Assembly: GCA_963727445.1 (NCBI GenBank)
Contig: CAVSGI010000014.1
Coordinates: 288,001-352,000, forward strand
Reading direction: 5' to 3'
DNA length: 64,000 bases
From: an uncultured delta proteobacterium
GTDB lineage: Bacteria; Myxococcota_A; Polyangia; Polyangiales; B10-G4
Both the position numbers and the translations under genes were made by a program. A model generated the notes under the pieces. That model ran no database searches, was not told the DNA's origin, and saw nothing but the letters and a program-made list of their open reading frames with translations. Of this stretch, positions 51,783-61,926 are shown piece after piece (the stretch's first letter is position 1; the number at the start of each line of letters is the position of its first letter).

Positions 51783-54134
51783 ATGCGCCGTCCTCCCCTC
51801 TCCGTCGCCGCCGTGGCGATGCTCCTCTTCATGGGGTGCGGCGACGACGCGCCAGCGAGCGACGGGGGCGTCGATGCAGACGCCGCACCGCCCGACGCCG
51901 AGGCCGACACCGGAGTGGTCGACGCCGGGCCGCCCCCCGATCCGCGACCCGCCACCGCCCCGCTGACCCAATGGGTCGACCCCTTCATCGCTGCGGGCGG
52001 CATTGGTTACGGGGTGGGGAGCGCCTACCCGGGCCCCGCGCGTCCCTTCGGGATGGTCCACGTGAGCCCAGACACCGTCGACGCCGACAACGCCGCCGTG
52101 CTCTTCGCCCACTGCGCGGGCTACGCCTACGACGACACCCACGTCCGCGGCTTCTCCCACACCCATCCCCACGGCATGGGCGCCTCGGACTACGGCGCCG
52201 TGATGCTGATGCCGACCCTCGGCATGAGCGCCGACAAGACGAGCTCGGACGGCTACTACATCGCGATGGACAAGGAGAGCGAGGAGGCGTCGCCAGGTTA
52301 CTACGCCGTGACCCTCGCCGACGGCGTCCGCGTCGAGCTCACCACCGAGCGCCGCGTGGCCCTGCATCGCTACACCTTCCCGGCCGGCTCGGACGCGGTG
52401 GTCCTGTCCGACCTGGCCCACCACATCACCGGCGCCGAGACCATCGACGGCGAGATCACCGTCGACCCCGACGCCGGCGAGCTCTCGGGCTTCGCGCGCG
52501 TCTCGGCGGGATACTCGGGCCGCTTCGGCGGCGTGCCCGTGTACTTCGTGATGCGCTTCTCGCGGCCCTTCGAGACGAGCGGCGTCTGGCAGGACGGCAC
52601 CCTCTACGAAGGCGAGACCACGCGGACCGGCGTGAACACCGGCGCCTGGGTGCGCTTCGACACCAGCGCCGACACGGTGGTCGAGGCCGCCGTGGGCATC
52701 TCGTTCGTCGACGTGGCGCACGCGCGCATGAACCTCGACACCGAGATGCCGGCCATCGACTTCGACGGCACCCGCGCCGCGGCCGATGCCGCGTGGGAGG
52801 CGCTGCTGTCGCGCATCGAAATCGAAGCGCGCACCGAGCGCGAGTTCCGCATGTTCTACACCGCCGTCTACCACACGCTCTTGATGCCCACGCTGGCCAT
52901 GGACGTCGACGGCACCTATCGCGGCATCGACCAGGAAGTGCATGTCGCGGACGGCTTCACCTACTACACGGACTTCTCCCTCTGGGACACGTTCCGCACC
53001 CTCCACCCGTGGCTGACGCTGGTCTTCCCGGAGTTTCAGCGCGACTTCGTGGGCTCGTTGATGCAGATGGCGCGCGACGGCGGCGCCTACCCGCGCTGGC
53101 CGCTCGGCATCGGCTACACCGGCGGCATGATCGGTGACGCCGCTCCCATCGTCATCGCCGACAGCGCGGTGAAGGGGCTCGACGGCTTCGACGTGACCGA
53201 GGCCTACGCCCTGGCCAAGCTGACCGCTGATGGGCCGCCCCCCGCGTCCGCCTTCAGCGGGCGCAGCGGCATCGAGGACTACCTCTCGCTCGGGTACGTG
53301 CCCATCGAAGCCTCGGGCTCGAGCACTTCGTGGACCCTCGAGGTTGCGCACTCCGACTACGCCGTGGGCGAGCTCGCCGCGGCCGCAGGAGACGACGCGG
53401 GAGCCGCGACGTATCGGGAGCGCGCCCACAACTACCAGAACTCTTACGACGCCGAGAGCGGCTTCTTCCTGGGCCGCTTTCGCGACGGGTCCTTCGACAC
53501 CACGGACTTCGATCCCTTCGTCTGGCAGGACTACTACGCCGAGGGCAACGCCTGGCAGTACAACTGGTATGCGCCGCACGACCTCGAAGGCATGGCCGAT
53601 CTCTTCGGCGGGCGCGACGCGACCCTCGCGCGCCTCGACATGTTCTTCGATCAGTCGATGCGCCGCATGTGGCTCCCCCTCGGTCCCGACACCTGGTACT
53701 GGCACGGCAACGAGCCCGACATCCACGTGCCCTGGATCTACGTCGCGCTCGACCGCCCCGCGCGCACGGCCGAGGTCAACCGATGGATCGTCGACACGCG
53801 CTACGACGACGCGCCGCAAGGGATCCCGGGCAACGACGACAGCGGCACCCTCTCCGCCTGGTACACCTTCACCACCCTGGGACTCTTCCCCCTCCCCGCC
53901 CTCGACTACTACCTGGTCAGCGGGCCTCAGCTCACGCGAGCGGTCGTCCATCTCGAGGGCGGCGACCTGGTGATCGAGGCGCCAGAGGCGAGCGCCCAGG
54001 TCATCTACGTCGAGAGCGCCACCCTCGACGGCGCGCCCCTCGACCGCGCCCGCGTCTCGCACGCCGACATCGCCGACGGCGCCACGCTCCACTTCGAGAT
54101 GAGCGAGACGCCCACCGACTGGGCGACGCACTGA
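51783..54134 (+). CDS. GH92 family alpha-mannosidase (lipoprotein)
   Basis: WVDPFI, YPG...PFGMV..SPDT, GFSHTH..GMG..DYG, ASPGYY, FSLWDTFRTLHP, EGNAWQY, HGNEPDIH.P, PGNDDSG.LSAWY. Confidence 0.95.
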   Translation: MRRPPLSVAAVAMLLFMGCGDDAPASDGGVDADAAPPDAEADTGVVDAGPPPDPRPATAPLTQWVDPFIAAGGIGYGVGSAYPGPARPFGMVHVSPDTVDADNAAVLFAHCAGYAYDDTHVRGFSHTHPHGMGASDYGAVMLMPTLGMSADKTSSDGYYIAMDKESEEASPGYYAVTLADGVRVELTTERRVALHRYTFPAGSDAVVLSDLAHHITGAETIDGEITVDPDAGELSGFARVSAGYSGRFGGVPVYFVMRFSRPFETSGVWQDGTLYEGETTRTGVNTGAWVRFDTSADTVVEAAVGISFVDVAHARMNLDTEMPAIDFDGTRAAADAAWEALLSRIEIEARTEREFRMFYTAVYHTLLMPTLAMDVDGTYRGIDQEVHVADGFTYYTDFSLWDTFRTLHPWLTLVFPEFQRDFVGSLMQMARDGGAYPRWPLGIGYTGGMIGDAAPIVIADSAVKGLDGFDVTEAYALAKLTADGPPPASAFSGRSGIEDYLSLGYVPIEASGSSTSWTLEVAHSDYAVGELAAAAGDDAGAATYRERAHNYQNSYDAESGFFLGRFRDGSFDTTDFDPFVWQDYYAEGNAWQYNWYAPHDLEGMADLFGGRDATLARLDMFFDQSMRRMWLPLGPDTWYWHGNEPDIHVPWIYVALDRPARTAEVNRWIVDTRYDDAPQGIPGNDDSGTLSAWYTFTTLGLFPLPALDYYLVSGPQLTRAVVHLEGGDLVIEAPEASAQVIYVESATLDGAPLDRARVSHADIADGATLHFEMSETPTDWATH

Positions 54135-54160
54135 GCGGAGCGAGCTGCTATAAAGCCCAC

Positions 54161-54730
54161 ATGATCTCTTCGCTTCGCGGGCCGGCAGTCATCGCCATCG
54201 CCCTGCTCGCTGCGTGTGGCTCCTCGTCCGCCACGAGCAGTCAATCCACGACCCGCACTGGTAACGCGAGCCAGACCCCGCCCCCGGCACAGGACGATCC
54301 GATGGTGCAGGAGGGGATGGTGGTGGCGAACGCCCTGCGAGACGAATACGTCCAGCTCAAGAGCGCACACGAAGCGGCGTGGCAACAGCGCATCGAGATC
54401 TCCACCGGCCCCGACCTCAACACCATCGGCCCGCGCTACGCGCAGGTCAGCGCGGAGTTCAACGCCCGCGCAGACCAGGCGTGGCAGGCGATGAACGCCG
54501 CCGTGGGTCAGCTGCAGCACCATCAGATCGACCCGTTTCGCCAGCTCATCAATCAGTCGCGCGGACACGTCGCGGTGATGCGCCAGATGGTCGAGGCGAT
54601 TCAGGCCGAGCTGATGCAGATGCGCCCCGCCCCCGAGGGCACGACGGAGGCCTCCGCCGAGGTCACCACCGAAGAGAGTGAGACCGGCGGCGAAGCCTCG
54701 GATCCCGCCGAGCCCGCGCCCGCCGAGTAG
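54161..54730 (+). CDS. Hypothetical helical lipoprotein
   Basis: MISSLRGPAVIAIALLAACGSS lipobox; Gln/Ala-rich helices. Confidence 0.7.
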   Translation: MISSLRGPAVIAIALLAACGSSSATSSQSTTRTGNASQTPPPAQDDPMVQEGMVVANALRDEYVQLKSAHEAAWQQRIEISTGPDLNTIGPRYAQVSAEFNARADQAWQAMNAAVGQLQHHQIDPFRQLINQSRGHVAVMRQMVEAIQAELMQMRPAPEGTTEASAEVTTEESETGGEASDPAEPAPAE

Positions 54731-55462
54731 TCAGTCCGCGCCGGGAGCGCGAGGCGTGAGCTGGCCGCGCGACCACAACAGATACTCGAGGGCGACGAGC
54801 GCGCTCGGACTGACGAGGATGTCCCAGAGCCGCACCTTGCCGCCGTGCGTCCAGCCTTCCCAGTGCTTGCGAAGCTTGGAGCCGGTCTTCGCTCCCACGG
54901 TCACCATCCCACCGCCGTCGTCGCGAAGCCGGAGATAGGTGCCCATCTTCACGTCCGTCCCGCCGTATTGGTAACGCGTCGGCACCGTGGGATCGGATCG
55001 TGTCTCCACCAGCGTCCCCACCTCGATGACCCGCGGCGGCAGCTGCACCGAGCGGCTGAGCAGGCCGAAGGCATAGCGGACGACCACGCGGCGGTCCTCG
55101 ATGCAGAGCGTAGCCGGCAGCTTGTCCGCCACCATCGCGACCAGGAGCCCCATGAAGACGAGCATGGCGACGGCGAGCACCGTCGCCAGCACGGTCGCCG
55201 CCGCCTGCGGCACCACCGAAAACAGGCCGATGGAAGCGACGCAGAGGATGAAGTAGACGATCAGCACGCGCCCGATCGCCCGGTCGGATCCCGCCCACGA
55301 CGTCGCCGTGCGCTCCTCGCCGGCGTGCACCTTCTCGAGATGCTTTTCCAGATTGGTCGCTTTGAGGCTCGCCGCACAGAGCGGGCAGGGAAGCAACGCG
55401 TCGGAGCTGCTCTCGGCCGCGAGGCGCAGAGCGTGCTCCACTGAGGAGAATGAATCAGCCAT
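54731..55462 (-). CDS. Hypothetical membrane protein with N-terminal C2H2-type zinc-finger motif
   Basis: CPLCAASLKATNLEKHLEKVH followed by two TM helices. Confidence 0.7.
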   Translation of the reverse strand: MADSFSSVEHALRLAAESSSDALLPCPLCAASLKATNLEKHLEKVHAGEERTATSWAGSDRAIGRVLIVYFILCVASIGLFSVVPQAAATVLATVLAVAMLVFMGLLVAMVADKLPATLCIEDRRVVVRYAFGLLSRSVQLPPRVIEVGTLVETRSDPTVPTRYQYGGTDVKMGTYLRLRDDGGGMVTVGAKTGSKLRKHWEGWTHGGKVRLWDILVSPSALVALEYLLWSRGQLTPRAPGAD

Positions 55463-55475
55463 CCCCCTGGCTCCC

Positions 55476-56883
55476 TTACTGTCCTTCGAGCTTCTTCTTC
55501 AGGAGCTCGCCCAGCGTGCCCATGCTCTTCGGCGCGCCGTGGCTCTCGCGATAGCCGTCGAACTCCGCTCGCTCCTGATCGGCGCGCGCCGCTTTGATGC
55601 TCAGGCGCAAGCGCCCTTCCCCGGTCTCGAGCACCTTGGCGCGCACCTTGGTGCCCGGCGGCATCTCCTTGCGCAGATCGACGCCGCGCTCCAGGCCGAG
55701 CTCGGCGTTGGGGATCAGCCCGCGCCCGATGCGACCGCGCGTGCCGTCCACCTGCACGAAGACGCCGAAGTGCTCCACCTTGTCGACGGTGGCGTCCACC
55801 ACCGAGCCGACCACCGGCCCGGAAGACAGCCCCGCGGCGCCGAGCTCGGCGCCCTCGGGCGCGGGCGTCAGGGAGATCCGCCTCCGGTCGCGATCGATCG
55901 ACTTCACGACCGCGAGCACCTGCGCCCCCACCTCGAAGGCCTCGAGGCTCGAGCCTCCGAGCTCGGAGACGTGCAAGAGCCCCTCGACGCCTTCGGCCAG
56001 GCGGATGAAGACCCCGAAGTCCGCGATGCGCGTCACGCGCCCCGCCACCACTTTGCCGAGGGGTGCCACCGCGGCGATCCCATCCCAGGGGTCGGCCGAG
56101 AGCGCCTTGAGCGAGAGCGTGATCCGCGTCTTGCCGTCGCGCTCCTCGATGGCGAGGACTTTCACCCGCGCGACGTCGCCCACGCTGACCACGTCCTCGG
56201 GTCGCACCCGATCGTGGCTGAGCTCGGCCCGCGGGAGCAGCCCGTCGATGCCGCCCAGGTCGACGAAGGCACCGAAGTCGCGGATCTGCGTCACGCGTCC
56301 GCTCAGCACCGCGCCCACCTCGAGGCGCCCGACGAGCGCCTCGCGCGCCTCCGCCTTCTCCGACTCGATGAGGCGCCGGCGCGAGAGCACCGCGCCGCGA
56401 TCCTTGATTTCCGTCACGACGAAACGAAGCGTCTGGCCGACGTAGACGCTGGTGTCCTCGACGTAGCGGTCCTCGATCTGCGAAGCGGGGCAGAACGCGC
56501 GCGTGCCCGCCACCTCCACCTCGAGCCCGCCCTTGTTCACGCCGACGACCTTGCCCTCGATGGGGATGGCGCCTTCCATGGCGGCGCCGAGCTGATCCGG
56601 CGCCGGCTTCTTTTCCGAAGCCGAGGCCCAGCCTGATCTCTCCGCGCTCCATCGCGACGACGAAGCCGCGCACCGTCTGACCGACGGAGAGCGCCATGCT
56701 CGCCGGCAGATCCTGCGTGTCGAAGTAGGCCTGCCGTTTGGCGTCGAGCTCGACGAAGACCGCCTCGCTCCCCACGTGGGCGACCACCCCTTCGACCTCG
56801 TCGCCGACCGAGAGCGGGCGCGCCCGCGGCGCGGCCACAGACTCCTGTGCGAAGAGGTCGGCGAAGCTCTCTTTGTCAGCCAT
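55476..56883 (-). CDS. S1 RNA-binding multi-domain protein (RpsA-like), one frameshift near 56598
   Basis: S1 repeats GDEVEGVV, EGKVVGVNKGGL, GRVTQIRDFGAFVDLGGIDGLL, RIADFGVFIRL.EGVEGLLHVSEL, KVEHFGVFV; C-terminal GTLGELLKKKL. Confidence 0.85.
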
Positions 56884-56945
56884 GGCCCGCGTTTAGCAGG
56901 GTTTGGGCGGGCCGACGAGCTTGATCAGGCGTCTGTCGGCCGTGA

Positions 56946-57530
56946 CTACCCGCAGCTGCCGCCCAACAGACCGCTCTTGAGGCCGGAGTTGGGCGGATGG
57001 CTGCCGAGCCAGATGTTGAAGAACGCGCGGGCGAAGTCGTCACCTTCGATCGTCCCCTTGTTGCGGCCGTTCACCACGACCTGCAGACCCGTGCCGGGGA
57101 TGTAGGTGAACATCATCCGCTGGCCCTCGCTCATGCCGGTGACCCAGCCGTTGAGGCGGCGAATGCTCGCGCGCATGGAGGAGTAGCTCGACCCCGCCGC
57201 CTGCCGGAATCCGTTCTCGAAGGCTTCGGTGATGTCGTCGCGGTCGACGTCGCGCACGAAGTGCAGGAGCAGGCGCTTGCGCTTCGAGGTGTCGAGGATG
57301 TCCGAGGCGTTGCGAGAGCGGCCGCCTTCGACGTAGAGCCCCGCGACGTACACGTTGACGTTGAACACCGTCGCTTCGCGAACGCCCATGCCGTTGAGCG
57401 TCAGGCGCTGGCCATCGACGCGCACCGAGCCCGGCATCTCGACCCCCTCACACTCCCGGGCGGAGGCCGGCACGGCAACCAAGAAGGTGGCGAAGGCCAC
57501 GACAACGGACGTCAGAGCGAGCTTCTTCAA
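56946..57530 (-). CDS. Chalcone isomerase-like fold exported protein
   Basis: Signal peptide; LTLNGMGVR...NVYVAGLY; FARAFFNIWLG..P...LKSGLLG. Confidence 0.85.
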   Translation of the reverse strand: MKKLALTSVVVAFATFLVAVPASARECEGVEMPGSVRVDGQRLTLNGMGVREATVFNVNVYVAGLYVEGGRSRNASDILDTSKRKRLLLHFVRDVDRDDITEAFENGFRQAAGSSYSSMRASIRRLNGWVTGMSEGQRMMFTYIPGTGLQVVVNGRNKGTIEGDDFARAFFNIWLGSHPPNSGLKSGLLGGSCG

Positions 57531-57642
57531 GGGGCACCTCCTCCAAGTGCGTACGCCAGGGTACCCGATCTCCGACGGGCGGGACCCGCGCGCATTCAGC
57601 CCCCGTGCGGAAATGTGGGATTCGGCCTAAAAGTGGGCCTCG

Positions 57643-58542
57643 ATGACCATCACCTCCATCGCGGAGCTCGAGGACGGCAGCGTGGCCACCATCCGGGGGC
57701 GGGTCGTGCGGGCGGTCCGGGCGATCGAGGGGCCGGACGGAGTGGACTGCGTTTTCTACGACCGAGGCCACGCCGAGGACGACGGCGTCCCCGAGTGCGA
57801 GGCCTTCTGGCTCGAGGACGCGTCCGGCCGGGTCCTGATCCCGGCCGAGTTCGAGGTGGTGGGCGGCGCGCTCACCCACCAGGACCGCATCGACGTCATC
57901 GACGCCGACGTCAAACAGGTGGCCGCCCGCCTCTCCGACCTCAAGGGCATGATGCGCACCGCCCAGGGGAGCGATCAGAAGCGGTTCCGGGAGCTCCACG
58001 CCGAGCAGTCCGCGCTCAAGGAGCTCGCCACGGTGCTCTGCTGCATCCGCGCCCAGGCCCACGGCAAGGTCCACGGTGGTGGGCGGAGCCTCGAGCAGCA
58101 AGCGGACTTCATCCGTACCCGCGGCGAGAAGCTGCGCTCCGAAGGTCACGCCATTCGCTCCATCGAGCTCGAGCTCGAGATCAGGCAGACGGTCGTCGCC
58201 CTGGGGGACGAGGTGCAGGTGGACGCCGCCTTCTACGAGGCGCCCATGCCGCCGGGTCTCGGCGCGGGCGGCGGCTATCGGGACCGCCCGACCTGCCTGT
58301 CGGCGCGCGCCCGGAGCAGCACCGAGCCGATTCGCGTCTCCCCCACCGCCGCGTCCCACGCCGCGGAGGTCATGAAGGCGCGCGCCCCCGCCCCTGCCGC
58401 TCGGGAGCCGAAGCGAGCCCAGCCGCCCCTGCCCAGCAAGCGCCGGGCGCGCGGGAGCCCGGGCACCACCCCCGCCCAGATTGCGGGCGTCGTCCTGCTG
58501 GCCGCCATGCTCGGCGCGTATCTCTATTTGATCATGATGTAG
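57643..58542 (+). CDS. Hypothetical protein with GIDE-like signature, coiled-coil insert and C-terminal TM
   Basis: ATIRGRV...CVFYD...FWLEDASGRVLI...ALGDEVQV resembles GIDE-type domains; hydrophobic C-terminus. Confidence 0.55.
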   Translation: MTITSIAELEDGSVATIRGRVVRAVRAIEGPDGVDCVFYDRGHAEDDGVPECEAFWLEDASGRVLIPAEFEVVGGALTHQDRIDVIDADVKQVAARLSDLKGMMRTAQGSDQKRFRELHAEQSALKELATVLCCIRAQAHGKVHGGGRSLEQQADFIRTRGEKLRSEGHAIRSIELELEIRQTVVALGDEVQVDAAFYEAPMPPGLGAGGGYRDRPTCLSARARSSTEPIRVSPTAASHAAEVMKARAPAPAAREPKRAQPPLPSKRRARGSPGTTPAQIAGVVLLAAMLGAYLYLIMM

Positions 58543-58559
58543 GCTCTGGCCCGAGGCCC

Positions 58560-61500
58560 ATGACCACCGAAGCGATCCAAAAGGCCCTCGAAACCCTCGA
58601 AGGCGCCCTTCGTGACGCGCCGCCCCTGGCGGCCAAGTACTACGCCAAGTGGCAGAGCGGACCGCACGACCCCGCGTCGGAGCTCGACCCGGCGCTGGTG
58701 GAAGCCCTCGAGGTGGTCGATCGCGAGATGCCGGCGTGGACGCACGAGGTCACCGACCCCGAGGAGCTCGACAAAGAGCTCAGCGTCTCCACCGGCGAGG
58801 TCTTCTTCATCTGGTGCGCCGCCAACGCCGCGCGCACCGACGCGCGTCTGTCGGGGCTCCTCGAAGCCGCCGTCAGTCATCCCGAGTACACCGATCAGGC
58901 GGTCGAGATCGCGAAGCGTCGCGTCATCGAGGGGCCCCTCGGCGACGCGCTCGAATGCGCCCCGCTCCTCGGCAACGGGGCCGCCCTCGCGGATCCCAAG
59001 AACGAGCAGGCGCGCGCGCGCATGGAGATCCTCATCTGGGAAGCCGGCGCGCAGGCGCTCCAGCTACCGAAGCTCGGTCGCTGGGTTTGGGGAAGCGAGG
59101 AGACCTTCGAGGCGCTGGTGGCGCAGCCCGCGCGCGGCACCCTGCGCGGCCGGGTCCTCGCCGCGCGCTGTCTCGAGGTTGCCGCGTGTGGCATCCCGCC
59201 CACCACCGATCCCCACCTCGTCGGACGCACGCTGCAGGTGCTCCAGCCGCTGCTCCTGCATCCGGAGCCCATGGTGTGGATCCACGCGTCGCGATCCTTC
59301 GGCCGCCTCGCCGGCGTCTTCGAGCCGCTCGAGGGCACGCTCCTCGACTGGGTGAACGGCGCGACCCAGGTGCTCCGCCAGCGCGCGCTCACCGCCTTCG
59401 CCTCGCTCCCCGCGGGGCGCCTCGCGATGCTCGGACACAACCTGCAGGCCATCCTCGACGACCCCGAGGAAAAGGCGTGGGGCCTCGCCGCAGCGGCCGC
59501 CGCCACCCCGCACCTCTTCTACGAGCGCCGCCGGGTCTGGGAAAACCTCACGGCGCGCATCCTCGCCGGCGACGGGGGCGCGGTCGCCGCCCGCGCCCTC
59601 GGCCGGGGCCTCGCGACCCTGTGGCGGCGCGGGGTCCGCGCCGAGATCGAGGCCCCCTTTCGCCAGCTCCGGCTGATGGCGCGCCGCGCCCGCACCGATT
59701 CGGTCGACGACTGGCGGCGCTGGCTCGAGCTCATCGCCGTCACCGACCCGGTCGATGACGCCGAGCGCGACCCCCTCGACATCGAGATCGGCATCGAGAA
59801 CCTCGTGCGCCTCGCGGCGCAGTACGACGACGCCGAGGCCGACGCCCGCGCCGCGCGCTTCGCGGCCACCATCGCGCCGACCTTCATCGAAGCCCGCAAG
59901 ATCGTCCTGGGCGACGGCTCGCAGCGTCATCGCGCGGCGGCCATCAACGCCTTCGAAGGGTGCGCGCGCTCTCTCGCGCTGCGTCTCTGGGCGCCGATGC
60001 TCCACACCCGCCCCGGCGGCGCCCCGGTCGAAGAACCGGACCTGCAGGAGACCTGGGAGATGATCGCGGGCGCGCCCGCCGAGCTCCTCGACATCGTGCG
60101 CGACCGCCGCGAGTCCGCGGGCGAAGGCGACGCAGAGGACGAGGGCGTGTTGGTGGCCCTCGAGGTGTTGGCGCTCAAGCTCGGCGGCTACGCGCTCGAC
60201 GCGTGCAGCAGCGACGAATCCCGCGACCTCGGCCCGGGCCGAGGGCCCACCGCGCACGCGACGTGCCTCTGGCTCCGAAAGCTCCAGGGCCTCGCGGACG
60301 GCTCGCGCGAGATGCCGCCGCCCCTTTCGCGCGCGCTCAGCGCGATCTTCTGGCGCCTGGTGGACACCACCCGCGGCACCTCTCTCGGCGAGGTGGACGA
60401 TGTCGCCTGGCTCGGCCCCTTCGCCGCCTGGTGGGGCCTGGTCGTCGACCGCCCCTCCATCCTTCAACAGCTCGCCACCGCCCTTCCGATGATCGCCGAG
60501 GGCGCGCTCGAGAAGTGCTGCGCCCTCGCGGACGAGACCCGCGCGGCGATCGACAGCGGCATCCTCGATGGCGCTTGGGGTCCCGGCGCGGCCGACGCCC
60601 TCGCGCAGCTTCGCGCCGAGGAGACGGAGCTCGCCGAAGCGCTCGCCGGCCTCGCCACCGCCCTCGAGAAGTTCGCCAACGCCAAGGGGCCGCAGCCCGA
60701 CCTCGAGGCCAAGTGCCTTCAGCTGGTCATGGCGGCCGAGCGACTCCAGGCCGCCCTCGCCGATCCGGTGCGCGCGCTGCACCCGGCCTCCGAGGCGCCC
60801 ACCGACGACTCCCTCGCCCGTGCGCTGTCGGAGAACGCGCCGCGCATGGCGTCGGTGATGACGCGCGCCATCCGCGCGCGCGAGATGACGCTCCTCGACG
60901 TGTGGCTCGCGTCCCTGGGGCCCCTCGCCTCCTCGCTGGTCGAGAATGCGGTGGCCGAGGCGATGCGTCGCACGCCCCCGCCTCCTCCGAAGAAGAAGCT
61001 CGAGAAGCCCAAGGAGTTCGAAGGCTACGAGCTCATCCGTCCCCTCGGCGAGGGCGGCATCGGCAGCGTGTGGCTGGTGCGAAAGCCCGGCGCCGACCGC
61101 TTCTTCGTTCTGAAGATCCCGAAGCGCGACGCCCTCGAGAACGCGACCGACACCGAACGCGAAGGCATCCTCGCGTCGTTCGTCGACGAAGCCCGCGCCC
61201 TCGCGGGGCTCTACCACCCGAACGTCGCCAACATCATCGATCGCGGCATCGTGCAGGGCGTGCCCTTCCTGGTGCTCGAGTACCTGATCGGCGCCGACCT
61301 CCAGATGTACTCGGACGCGAAGCTGATGAGCCTCTTCGAGCTCCGCAAGATCGTCCCCGAGACCTGCGCAGGGCTCACCGCGCTCCACAACGCGGGGCTG
61401 GTCCATCGTGACATCAAGCCAGCCAACCTCTGGCTGCGCCTGCCGCTCGCGGGGGGCGAGAAGTTCGACCCCGCCAAGCACCGCGATCCCGGGCAAGCCA

Positions 61501-61889
61501 CGCCGCTGTCGTCGGTGGTGATCGACTTCGGGATGGTGCGCGCTCAGCGCGTCTCGCAAGAGGTCGGCGGGCGCTTCGTCGCGGGCACGCCGGGCTACAT
61601 CGCACCCGAGCAGGTCCTCGACCCGGTCGAGCTCGACGGCCGGGCGGACGTGTACGCCCTCGCCGGCACCATCTACAACGTCACCACCGGCCACAAGTTC
61701 TTCGAAGAGATCGAGGATCCGCGGCAGCGCATCGTCGCGCACATGCAGCAGCAGCCCCTCGAGAACATCGATCGCATCGACGCGTGGCCCGCGGCGCTGA
61801 TCAAGCTCATGCGCGACGCCACCGACATGAACTGGAAGGACCGGCCGACGCCGCTCGAGTTCGGCAAGGCCTTCGCCGAAGCGCTCTGA
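58560..61889 (+). CDS. Large cytoplasmic Ser/Thr kinase with ~800-aa N-terminal helical region and C-terminal kinase domain
   Basis: Start MTTEAIQK; LGEGGIGSVW, VLK, HRDIKPAN, DFG, GTPGYIAPEQ, DVYALA, DRP. Confidence 0.9.
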   Translation: MTTEAIQKALETLEGALRDAPPLAAKYYAKWQSGPHDPASELDPALVEALEVVDREMPAWTHEVTDPEELDKELSVSTGEVFFIWCAANAARTDARLSGLLEAAVSHPEYTDQAVEIAKRRVIEGPLGDALECAPLLGNGAALADPKNEQARARMEILIWEAGAQALQLPKLGRWVWGSEETFEALVAQPARGTLRGRVLAARCLEVAACGIPPTTDPHLVGRTLQVLQPLLLHPEPMVWIHASRSFGRLAGVFEPLEGTLLDWVNGATQVLRQRALTAFASLPAGRLAMLGHNLQAILDDPEEKAWGLAAAAAATPHLFYERRRVWENLTARILAGDGGAVAARALGRGLATLWRRGVRAEIEAPFRQLRLMARRARTDSVDDWRRWLELIAVTDPVDDAERDPLDIEIGIENLVRLAAQYDDAEADARAARFAATIAPTFIEARKIVLGDGSQRHRAAAINAFEGCARSLALRLWAPMLHTRPGGAPVEEPDLQETWEMIAGAPAELLDIVRDRRESAGEGDAEDEGVLVALEVLALKLGGYALDACSSDESRDLGPGRGPTAHATCLWLRKLQGLADGSREMPPPLSRALSAIFWRLVDTTRGTSLGEVDDVAWLGPFAAWWGLVVDRPSILQQLATALPMIAEGALEKCCALADETRAAIDSGILDGAWGPGAADALAQLRAEETELAEALAGLATALEKFANAKGPQPDLEAKCLQLVMAAERLQAALADPVRALHPASEAPTDDSLARALSENAPRMASVMTRAIRAREMTLLDVWLASLGPLASSLVENAVAEAMRRTPPPPPKKKLEKPKEFEGYELIRPLGEGGIGSVWLVRKPGADRFFVLKIPKRDALENATDTEREGILASFVDEARALAGLYHPNVANIIDRGIVQGVPFLVLEYLIGADLQMYSDAKLMSLFELRKIVPETCAGLTALHNAGLVHRDIKPANLWLRLPLAGGEKFDPAKHRDPGQATPLSSVVIDFGMVRAQRVSQEVGGRFVAGTPGYIAPEQVLDPVELDGRADVYALAGTIYNVTTGHKFFEEIEDPRQRIVAHMQQQPLENIDRIDAWPAALIKLMRDATDMNWKDRPTPLEFGKAFAEAL

Positions 61890-61926
61890 AGTGAGCGGCG
61901 ACGTCACGTCGAGGCAGTGACGCGCC

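Noticed and set aside
50835..54131. Long antisense ORFs (also 59064-61907, 41405-43921, 6299-8323, 1556-3709)
   Set aside because: Shadow ORFs opposite well-supported genes, as expected at this GC content.
56946..57530. Chalcone isomerase as evidence of flavonoid synthesis or as part of the pfa cluster
   Set aside because: CHI-fold proteins are common non-catalytic bacterial proteins, and this gene lies 35 kb from pfa.
56997..58559. N-terminal extension making the kinase 1630 aa
   Set aside because: It overlaps two real genes and reads as off-frame sequence; ATG 58560 is the more plausible start.
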